NCBI GenBank assembly: GCA_963674965.2
Contig: CAXXFL010000001.1
Span: 992,001 to 1,056,000, forward strand
Source of the DNA: a bacterium
GTDB lineage: Bacteria; RBG-13-61-14; DATKZS01
DNA: 64,000 nt
Reading direction: 5' to 3'
The position numbers and the translations under genes were made by a program. This document shows positions 41,985 through 50,177 of this stretch, piece by piece (the first letter of the stretch is position 1; each line of letters begins with the position of its first letter). The notes below the pieces were generated by a model. That model ran no database searches and had not been told where the DNA came from. It was given only the letters and a program-made list of their open reading frames with translations.

Positions 41985-43432
41985 TGTACAGACCGGAGAC
42001 ATGGGTAACAGGTGTTCGGAGACATGGGTAACAGTTGGTACATTCTTCTGTATGTCAATACAGGAGAAGAAAGATGCCATGGAATGAGGTTACCGAAGTG
42101 TCTCAGAGGAAGGATTTTGTTTATTTAGCGATGCAGCCAGGTTCCAACATAAGCGAGTTATGCCGTCGATTCGGTATCAGTCGCCGCACCGGCTACAAGT
42201 GGATCAGCCGTGGGCAAAGCGGTGAAGAGGACTGGGCATGTGACAGGTCCCGCCGTCCCAGGCGATCTCCCCAGCGTGTTTGCCCGGAGGTCGAGCAGTT
42301 GGTGCTTTCGGTTCGCGACGAGCATCCGACCTGGGGAGGGCGCAAAATCGAGCGGCGGCTGATCGATCTTGGTCACGACGAAGTGCCAAGGCCGAGCACG
42401 ATCACGGCGATCCTCGACCGCAACGGCAGGCTGCGGGACGCCCAGCGCAAGGCTCGCGGTCCCATGAAGCGTTTCGAACGAGAGGCTCCCAACCAGTTGT
42501 GGCAGATGGATTTCAAGGGACATTTTCCGACGGCGGCCGGTTCCTGTCACCCTCTCACCGTGGTGGACGACCACTCCAGGTTCGCGTTGACGGTCACCGC
42601 CTGCTCCAACGAACGGGCGGACACCGTGCGGGCAAGCCTGGCGCCGGTCTTCATGCGCTACGGCCTGCCCAGCCGCATACTTACCGACAACGGATCGAGC
42701 TTCTGCGCGCCGAACTCGCGTTACAACTACATGAGCGCCTGGCTGATCAGGCTCGGCGTCGGCATCAGCCACGGCCGTCCCTTTCATCCCCAGACCCAGG
42801 GCAAGAACGAGCGGTTCAACCGGACCCTTAAGGAGGAGGCGATAAGGGGACGCAACTTCGGCGCCCTGAACGACTGTCAGAAAGCCTTCGACCGTTTTCG
42901 CGACTGCTATAACCATGAACGTCCCCACGAGGCCCTGGACATGAACACGCCGGCCAGCCGTTACGCGATGAGCCCCTTTGCCTATCCCGAGACTCTGCCC
43001 GAAGTCTGGTATCGGGATGATTGGCCGACTTGCAAGGTGAACCCGGGCGGGGCGGTTAGAATCAAAGGCGAGTTTTATCCGGTGGGGCGGGCCTTCGTTG
43101 GTGAAAAGGTCGGCTTGCGAAATACACAAGTGGACGGCGTGATCGAGGTTTATTACTGCCGCCAACGGATCATGGTCGTCGATCTGCGAGACCATAGCTG
43201 GAGGCAAACGTGATAAAAGGTTTTCTCGACCATGAGGACGATAGCATCTCCACGAGGCCCGTCAAGGGTAAATCCCTGCGGGACGGCTGCGCCGCCCTTG
43301 ACTGGCCACGTGATCGATGCATAGATAAACTTAGGTCGAGGAAAAATAGGTCAATAGCAGGAGCGCGAGCAAGCGAGGAAATATGTTACCTATGTGCCCG
43401 AACACTTGTGAAGCATGTCTCCGGTCTGTACA
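41985..43432 (+). mobile_element. IS481-family insertion sequence, 1448 bp
   Basis: TGT...ACA ends, 49-bp imperfect TIRs (first 19 bp perfect: TGTACAGACCGGAGACATG), CTCG duplicated at 41981-41984 and 43433-43436. Confidence 0.95.
42074..43213 (+). CDS. IS481-family DDE transposase
   Basis: ELCRRFGISRRTGYKW HTH, WQMDFKG, VVDDHSRF, LTDNG, HPQTQGKNERFNRTL. Confidence 0.95.
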   Translation: MPWNEVTEVSQRKDFVYLAMQPGSNISELCRRFGISRRTGYKWISRGQSGEEDWACDRSRRPRRSPQRVCPEVEQLVLSVRDEHPTWGGRKIERRLIDLGHDEVPRPSTITAILDRNGRLRDAQRKARGPMKRFEREAPNQLWQMDFKGHFPTAAGSCHPLTVVDDHSRFALTVTACSNERADTVRASLAPVFMRYGLPSRILTDNGSSFCAPNSRYNYMSAWLIRLGVGISHGRPFHPQTQGKNERFNRTLKEEAIRGRNFGALNDCQKAFDRFRDCYNHERPHEALDMNTPASRYAMSPFAYPETLPEVWYRDDWPTCKVNPGGAVRIKGEFYPVGRAFVGEKVGLRNTQVDGVIEVYYCRQRIMVVDLRDHSWRQT

Positions 43433-43617
43433 CTCGACGCCGCTTTTCTTCCGAGCGGCTTGACGCGAGGCTGGCCGTTGTATTTTTAGGCCTTGTCAAG
43501 CCAAGGCCATCGAAAGCGCTCTCAAGCGACCACAATCCAAAGCGACTATGCCGCCAAGAAAGGGACTTTTGCAAGAAGCTCTTTCCGGCTAAAATTTTTT
43601 GAGCCAGTATGGTATCC

Positions 43618-44502
43618 CTATGTTTTGAGAAAGCTCAGGGCGAGGCGGTTGAATACATCCGGGCATTCAACGTGAGGAGTGTGTCCGGAATTATCAAATA
43701 CTTGGAGATGAAAATTCCCGGACAAGTTCGTAAAAGCCTCGGAAGTTTCGCGAGGAATGATTTTATCCTTACCGCCATGAATTAGAAGCACGGGTATTCC
43801 ATGGACGGCCAGGACCTTTGCCTCCTTTTCCAGAAAAGGCGGATCAATGCCGCTTTTCACTCCGAACATGACCATATTGTTCGAGCCCGCTATACAAAGG
43901 GGCCTGAAAACCGCAGCCGCGTATTCCTCGGACACGAGGTCCTGGCGCGGGAACATGCCGGACGCCAGCGTTTTTTTTATTATGGGAGCGGCGGGATTTG
44001 AGAGAAAATCCTCGGGCAGATGGAAGTTGGACATAGACCGGTTAACCTTGAAATCGTAGGGCATGATATGGGGAGAAGACAAAACCATGCTCTCGAATCT
44101 TTGGGGGTTGGCCGCCGCCATGGCTACTGCTATGCCTCCTCCCATCGAGTGGGCCACAAGCGAGCATCTTCGAATATCCAGGGCGTCGATTATGGCAAGA
44201 ACCATCTTGGCGAACCTGGTGAAATCCATGGGCCCCTTGAATTTAATACGCTCACTGTATCCGAAACCGGGGAGATCAAGAGCAAAGACCTGGAACCTCT
44301 CGGCAAGCTCCGGAATATTTCGCCGCCACATGACCGAGTGATAGAGAAAGCCATGGATTAAAACCACCGGTCTTCCAGCGCCCTTTACGAAATAGTGTAT
44401 CTTGCGGCCATCCACGGTAATGAATTTGCCTCGCGCGTACCTTATGGCCGCCTCTTCATGAGAGAGCGTCTCAATCGGAAATATTTTATCCATGTCCATC
44501 AT
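43618..44502 (-). CDS. Alpha/beta hydrolase
   Basis: LIHGF, DLPGFGYS, nucleophile elbow AHSMGG, GKD, GHTPH. Start trimmed to MMDMDKIF because the ORF-track extension is MITE sequence. Confidence 0.88.
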   Translation of the reverse strand: MMDMDKIFPIETLSHEEAAIRYARGKFITVDGRKIHYFVKGAGRPVVLIHGFLYHSVMWRRNIPELAERFQVFALDLPGFGYSERIKFKGPMDFTRFAKMVLAIIDALDIRRCSLVAHSMGGGIAVAMAAANPQRFESMVLSSPHIMPYDFKVNRSMSNFHLPEDFLSNPAAPIIKKTLASGMFPRQDLVSEEYAAAVFRPLCIAGSNNMVMFGVKSGIDPPFLEKEAKVLAVHGIPVLLIHGGKDKIIPRETSEAFTNLSGNFHLQVFDNSGHTPHVECPDVFNRLALSFLKT

Positions 44503-44554
44503 CGCGTGTCCGATTCTACATTTTTGCGTGGATACTTTGAAAATACAACTAAAA

Positions 44555-44740
44555 GAGCCTCTTGCAAAATTCCCGCTTTGGAGTTCGGCGGCTCGACGCC
44601 GCTTTTCTTCCGAGCGGCTTGACGCGAGGCAAGCCGGTGTATTAATAGGCCTTGTCAAGCCAAGGCCATCGAAAGCGGTCTCAAGCGACCGCACTCCAAA
44701 GCGGCTATGCCGCAAAGAAAAGGACTTTTGCAAGAAGCTC
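44555..44740 (+). mobile_element. 186-bp MITE/REP-doublet repeat, copy 4, flanked by AAAA
   Basis: TIR GAGCCTCTTGCAAAATTCC / GGACTTTTGCAAGAAGCTC; inverted REP-like units at 44576-44605 and 44672-44701. Confidence 0.92.
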
Positions 44741-45236
44741 AAAAGAGTGCATCGATAAAAATGATGACCGTGATCGGGCAACTGAAAATTCCGATTAAAT
44801 CGATCCGAGAATAACAAAAACTTGCGTGATCTTACCGATTTTTTAGTTTTTTGAGGATGTTCTAAATCAAGTACACTGTGAGTATTAGTGTGGCCAAGAT
44901 GCAACAGTTTTAGGATGGTTTTTTAAATATGTTCCGGCAACTGGTTTTGATGTTCTCAGGTGAAAGCTTTGATAACAAGTGTGAAGTATTGTTATCGAAG
45001 CATCTGTTTTAACGGTCGATATCTTCATCAAGTGCAATGATAACTTGCGCTAATCTAACGATATTCTCATACTAGCGCCCAAATGGCCCTCATTGTGAGA
45101 TGAAGCCGTTAGTAAGGTGAAGCGGCTTGGCGATGGCCAGGAAAATCGATTCGCCTGGGCTTTGGCATGTTATTAGCTTATTTCCTACTCGACGGTAGCC
45201 CTTTGCATGGATGCTGAGAAAGGAAATCGGTGCAAA

Positions 45237-46154
45237 ATGTCGAAATTGCAAAAAACGATCGGACGCTCGATAAGTTGCTGCGGAGTTGGCATACATAGCG
45301 GTGAAAAAGTAACCATGACCTTGAATCCCGCCGAGGCCAATCACGGGATAATATTCAACAGGACCGACGTTAACCCTCGGGTTAAAATACCCGCCATCTG
45401 TGAAAACGTCAAAAGCACTTTAAACGCCTCCACTTTGGGGGTCAACGGCACGAGGATTGGAACGGTCGAGCACATCATGGCGGCCCTTGCCGGCCTGTCG
45501 GTTGACAACGTGGATATCGAGGTCGATGGTCCAGAAGTCCCCATTTTAGACGGCAGCGCGGCGCCCTTTGTCGAGCTTATCAAGCAAGCCGGCGTGGTCG
45601 AGCTTGACGCGGCCCGCTCGTGGCTGGTCATCAGGCGGCCGGTCCGGGTGCGCGTGAACGGGTCTTATTCTGAAATACGGCCCTCCTCCAACACGGTATT
45701 CAACTGCTCGATCTCGTATCCCCATCCCATGCTCGAGTACCAGGAGAGGAGCGCGACCCTGACGGCTGACGAGTTCGAGAGCGAGATAGCCGGCGCCAGG
45801 ACCTTCGGTTTCCTTGAGGACATCGATAAGCTGAGGTCACTTGGGCTGGCAAGGGGAGGCTCACTCGAGAACGCCTGCGTTTTCGATGAGAACGGACTCG
45901 TCAACAAGGAAGGCTTCCGCTGGAACGACGAGTGCGTCAGACACAAGATACTCGACATGGTGGGCGACCTGGCCCTGGTCGGGCTTCCCTTCCTGGGCGA
46001 GATCACGGCCCATAAGGCCGGCCATGGCCTAAACCATAAGCTGGTGCATAAGCTTCTTTCCAACCCCGAGAACTACGACGTAGTCGATGGAAGCGAAATC
46101 GGCGAGAACGTAATCGAGTGGCGCGAAAGCGAGGCGAGGGCGGCGTATTTATAG
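45237..46154 (+). CDS. lpxC: UDP-3-O-acyl-N-acetylglucosamine deacetylase
   Basis: QKTI...GVGIHSG, TVEHIMAAL, EVPILDGSA, ARTFGF, RHKILDMVGDL, KAGH. Confidence 0.98.
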   Translation: MSKLQKTIGRSISCCGVGIHSGEKVTMTLNPAEANHGIIFNRTDVNPRVKIPAICENVKSTLNASTLGVNGTRIGTVEHIMAALAGLSVDNVDIEVDGPEVPILDGSAAPFVELIKQAGVVELDAARSWLVIRRPVRVRVNGSYSEIRPSSNTVFNCSISYPHPMLEYQERSATLTADEFESEIAGARTFGFLEDIDKLRSLGLARGGSLENACVFDENGLVNKEGFRWNDECVRHKILDMVGDLALVGLPFLGEITAHKAGHGLNHKLVHKLLSNPENYDVVDGSEIGENVIEWRESEARAAYL

Positions 46155-46173
46155 TTACCAATTCAACTTGAAT

Positions 46174-46202
46174 AAAAGCCGCGTTCTATCGCGGCTTTTT
46201 TT
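46174..46202 (+). terminator. Rho-independent terminator after lpxC
   Basis: AAAAGCCGCG-ttctat-CGCGGCTTTT followed by more Ts. Confidence 0.85.
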
Positions 46203-46241
46203 ATGGCATAATGGCGGTTTGTTTTTGGATCGCCGAAGATT

Positions 46242-47204
46242 ATGAGTTATCACGTTACAACCGGAAGGTGGAAGCTGGGAGTATTCCTGGCCTTTATCAC
46301 CGCGCTCCTTTGGGCTGCGGCGCCCATTGCCTTGAAGGTGGTCCTGGACGGCATGGGTCCCATTACCATAAGCTGGTTTCGGTTTACCATCGCCATGACG
46401 GCCCTGGCCCCGTATCTGATGGTCAAGGAGGGCTTGCCGCGACCGTCCGAGTTCAAGGGTTTCGCGCCGCTTCTGGCCCTGGCCGCTATTGGCGGACTTT
46501 GCGTTAACCAGATTTTTTTCATGACCGGCCTCGACCGCATCCCGCCGGGAGCGGCCGTGGTAGTCATCCAATCGGCCAACTTGTTCTTCCTCGTGGGCGG
46601 GCTGATCGTCTTCCGGGAGAGCTTTGGGTGGAAACAAATGGCGGGGTGCGCCGCCTTTGCCCTGGGCCTGGTTTTTTTCTTTAACGAAAGGATTGGAAAA
46701 CTGGTCCATGGCATTGACGAGTACGCAATCGGCGTGGGCTTTATTCTAGTGGCGGCCCTGGGATGGGCCTTGTACGCGCTGGCCCAGAAGCAGCTTCTGA
46801 ACCACATATCTTCCCTTAAAATAATGCTTCTGGTTTACGCGGGGGGCTGCGCCTGTTTCCTTCCCTTGTCCAGTCCGAAGGAGGCGCTGGGTCTTACTTT
46901 TCTGCAGGGGGCGCTTTTACTGTTCGCCGGGCTGAACACCGTGGTCGGATACGGCTGCTTTTCCGAGGCGCTCGATCACGCGCCGGCCACGCGGGTCAGC
47001 TCGGTGCTGGCTTCCATACCCATATTGTCGCTGATCATGTCCCGGGCGGTCGCCGCGCTGGTACCCGGCTACATCGAGCCCCAGCCGCTGAACTGGCTTG
47101 CCGTCGCGGGGGCCTTCATGGTGATGATGGGTTCGATCACGGCCGCGGTCTCGAGCAAGTCCTCACTCGCGGCGGAAAGCCCCGAGGCGGGGGCGCCCTC
47201 TTAG
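46242..47204 (+). CDS. EamA/DMT family transporter
   Basis: About 10 TM helices in two repeats; ISWFRF, YALAQKQL, FSEALDH. Confidence 0.9.
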   Translation: MSYHVTTGRWKLGVFLAFITALLWAAAPIALKVVLDGMGPITISWFRFTIAMTALAPYLMVKEGLPRPSEFKGFAPLLALAAIGGLCVNQIFFMTGLDRIPPGAAVVVIQSANLFFLVGGLIVFRESFGWKQMAGCAAFALGLVFFFNERIGKLVHGIDEYAIGVGFILVAALGWALYALAQKQLLNHISSLKIMLLVYAGGCACFLPLSSPKEALGLTFLQGALLLFAGLNTVVGYGCFSEALDHAPATRVSSVLASIPILSLIMSRAVAALVPGYIEPQPLNWLAVAGAFMVMMGSITAAVSSKSSLAAESPEAGAPS

Positions 47205-48505
47205 ATGCGGCACCCTTCCTCGAAATATTTGTAGTTCAGTCTTCTGCCCACGTTCAGCGCCAGGAAGGGAGCGAAGTCCTTTTTCGTCCAGGCCATCCGC
47301 CTGAAGATCGATTTGGCCGAGTACATGCGGCGGTAAGCCTTGAGGTATCCCTCCAGCAGTTGGCTGGGACTCATCTTCTTCGGCTGGTACACAACATGGT
47401 TCATGTCGTAGCGCGACCAGTCGTGATGAAGGATTCGACCCTCCCCGGACATGTCCTCGTAAAGCTGGGTAAAAGGAAGTGGAGTGAAAATATAGAAATT
47501 GGCGCCCTCGATCTTGTTGTCCTCGCAGAATCTGACCGTGTTGTCGAATACGTTCGGATCGTCGTCGTCGAACCCAAAGATAAAGGAGCCGAAAACCTTG
47601 ATTCCCGCGCCCCGGATGGCGGCGAGGCTGCGCTTGAATTTTTCCGTCGAGTTCACCCGCGACTTGCCCACCGCCGCCAGGTTCACGTCGTTGACGCTTT
47701 CAATGCCGATGAACAGCCACTCGCAACCGCTTCGGGCGGCCAGATCGAGAAGCTCCGGGTCCTCGCCCACCCGGATGTCGGCCTGGCTGTACCATTTCCT
47801 CTTGAGCGGGATCATGGCCTCGAAGAGCTTTTTGGCCCGGTTGGGAGAGCCCGCAATATTGTCGTCCACTATAACCATATAGCCCGGAGGCATGGACTTT
47901 ATCTCCTCCACCACCTCGTCGATGGGACGGAAGCGGAACTGTCGGCCCCAGAACTGGCTGACGGCGCAGTAGCTGCAAGCGTGAGGACATCCTCTCGCGG
48001 TCTCGATTACGTTGGGCAGGCTGTAGGCCTTGCGGTTAACAAGGTCAAGCCTGGGTTTGGGAAGCCCCACCAGGTCGTGAGGGGTCTCGGACTTGTATTG
48101 CCTTTTCATCCCTGTCCCCAAAAAGTCCTCGATAAGAGAATCCCAGGCGCCCTCCGCCTCGCCTATTACGATGGCGTCGCAATGCTCGAGGGCTTCCTCA
48201 GGGAAGAAGCTTACGTGGAACCCGCCCATCACCACCGGGACACCAGCCGCCCGGAAGCGGTCCGCGATCTGGTAGGCCCGCGCCGAGACCTGAGTAATAA
48301 CCGTGATGCCGACCAAGTCGGGCCGGAGGTTGAAATCGACGTCCTCGATCGACTCGTCAACGATCTTTATATCGAAAAGATGATCGGCCCTGGCCGCTAA
48401 AAGGGGAAGATTCAGCTTGGGAATCGAGGACTTGCGACGACGTTTCGAACCGATACGGTCCTTGTCCTGACCCGGATGAATAAGTAAAAGAGTAGGCTTG
48501 GCCAT
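47201..48505 (-). CDS. B12-binding radical SAM protein
   Basis: VVMGGFHVS, IGEAE, RGCPHACSYC, VDDN, IGIES; start set at MAKPTLLL. Confidence 0.92.
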   Translation of the reverse strand: MAKPTLLLIHPGQDKDRIGSKRRRKSSIPKLNLPLLAARADHLFDIKIVDESIEDVDFNLRPDLVGITVITQVSARAYQIADRFRAAGVPVVMGGFHVSFFPEEALEHCDAIVIGEAEGAWDSLIEDFLGTGMKRQYKSETPHDLVGLPKPRLDLVNRKAYSLPNVIETARGCPHACSYCAVSQFWGRQFRFRPIDEVVEEIKSMPPGYMVIVDDNIAGSPNRAKKLFEAMIPLKRKWYSQADIRVGEDPELLDLAARSGCEWLFIGIESVNDVNLAAVGKSRVNSTEKFKRSLAAIRGAGIKVFGSFIFGFDDDDPNVFDNTVRFCEDNKIEGANFYIFTPLPFTQLYEDMSGEGRILHHDWSRYDMNHVVYQPKKMSPSQLLEGYLKAYRRMYSAKSIFRRMAWTKKDFAPFLALNVGRRLNYKYFEEGCRI

Positions 48506-48748
48506 AATGAACTCACTTTGCGGAAGAAAGCGCGGAGGGCTTAAATAACGGTCCGCGGAAAATACCGATTCATGCCGCGAGAATCTGGAATGACGTCGCG
48601 ACCCCCGACAGTAAGGATTGCTTTCCCATGACAGGATACGTACAAGCGGCAATAGAAAGCTTAAAAGATACTCATAACGAGTTACCGCCCCTTCATCCCC
48701 ACAGGTAACTAAATATATTATACTCTCCCCGCAGCCGCTTGGCAAGGG

Positions 48749-48772
48749 AAATTAGACACGCGAGTCTAATTT
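48749..48772. promoter_or_regulatory. 24-bp near-perfect palindrome, candidate operator
   Basis: AAATTAGAC-A-CGCG-A-GTCTAATTT in the intergenic region upstream of the radical SAM gene. Confidence 0.4.
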
Positions 48773-49033
48773 TTTCAAATCGGTTGTGGCCCTGCCGCTC
48801 GTGATGAAGACCCGGCGGAAAACCAGCATGACGTCACTTAATTTAGGCGATCGATACCCGTATCAATACCCTTATCCTAACTTCGCCGTCCGTTGAGGTC
48901 TCCTTGTAGTTTGATCCCTCTTTCCCAGGGTCCCGGCCTCGCGCCAAGACATTCACCTGACGGGTGAATCTCTATGATGGTAAATTTAAGAGAAATAATC
49001 TTCGCCCGTGATTGAGTTTTGTCATGAATCGCT

Positions 49034-49887
49034 TTAAAGGAGTTCTTCCTTTATAGTGGACCAATGGATGTTAACTATCTCTGGTGATCTTTGAGGATCA
49101 GAAGCGTCCCAAAAAGAAAAATATTCAAGCTCTTTTTCCTGATTAAACGGGTCCGCGGCTAGCATTGCCCTATGCATGGCTTCATGATTGACCTTATAAG
49201 CGTCGACAACTCTGAATTTATGACCGTAAATGGCGTTGGACATGAGAGGAATGGGTATTAAAAGCGTAAACAGAATCGCAAAAGGCGAGAGAATTTTTTG
49301 GAGCAACGTGTATTCCGATCTTGATTTACCGAATTTTGTGCGCTTTCTTTTTCCCTGCCCGCTAATGCAGTCGACTTGAGTTAGCATCTCAACGTAATAT
49401 CTTCCCTTTTCAGCATCTTTTAAGATACTGAGAGGTACCCTGAAAACGCCGAACTCTCCCTCGCTCATATGTACGCTCATTTGCCACTGAAAAATGAAAT
49501 GCTCGGTTTTAGGTTTGCCGAACGCCTTTTTTAGCTTCAACGCTAAATTAAATTCCCGGGGCTCATCATGAGCGTTTTCAACCATCACAAGCCAGCGATA
49601 AGAACCTCCAGGTATATATTCTTTTTCCTTGCTCATCATGGCGAATTTTACGCCGTTTTGTTCGTATATTTCTTTGGCCTTAACGCGGCCGTGAAGAAAC
49701 TCGGGATACTCTCCGGCGCCGTAAAAAAGATGTAAATATTTGTAAGTTCCCCAGATGAAGAGAAAAAAGAATGGGATCGCCAGCAAAAGCATAAGCGGAT
49801 AGCCGTCGAGGCCGGAAATTATCAAGATAAACGAGATAAAAAAACCGGTGAACGCTAAAAAAAAAAATAAATATTTCTTTGTTCCAT
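49034..49887 (-). CDS. AT-rich hypothetical membrane protein, apparently frameshifted at a T11 tract near its start
   Basis: GAGGG RBS + ATG 49887 gives MEQRNIYFFF* with 11 T; 12 T would join the long frame (LAFTGFFISFILIISG...). Confidence 0.6.
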
Positions 49888-49901
49888 TATAAAGTGCCCT
49901 C

Positions 49902-49956
49902 AAAATCTGAAAATCTGGGGGACGAAATCTGGGGGACATCACAGATATCTCGCCTC
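49902..49956 (+). repeat. Tandem AAATCTGGGGGAC doublet plus ATATCTCGC tail (second repeat family)
   Basis: Units at 49910-49923 and 49924-49937; related to 53011-53055. Confidence 0.7.
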
Positions 49957-50177
49957 TTTTCAGCTTTATCCGCATTATTACGTATCTAATCTCTCCCAAT
50001 ACTTCACTTTCTCAGTCCCATTTTGAAGCGGTAGCCCCTATTACTTCACCAATTCCAATTTGCAACCGACAACCGGGAAACGGATTGGCAATCCATGTGT
50101 TTACCATTGCCCGTATTGAAACCATCTTTTCAATTGCTCCGTCCTTTCGGGACTCCTAGTCGTTTGGCCCTTCTTCC

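Larger units (their letters stand above)
41944..43581 (+). repeat. 186-bp MITE/REP-doublet repeat, copy 3, split by the IS481 (halves 41944-41984 and 43433-43581)
   Basis: Removing the 1448-bp IS and one CTCG restores 186 bp collinear with copy 4. Confidence 0.92.

Noticed and set aside
43210-43602. 130-aa ORF after the transposase as a passenger gene
   Set aside because: It runs through the right TIR into the MITE, so it is not a self-contained gene.
41944-44740. Proven composite transposon bounded by MITE copies 3 and 4
   Set aside because: Outer flanks do not form a target duplication and copy 4 has its own AAAA flanks; kept only as a weak finding.
44503-44904. 134-aa N-terminal extension of the hydrolase in the ORF track
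   Set aside because: Made of MITE and AT-rich intergenic sequence; hydrolase similarity starts near 44502.
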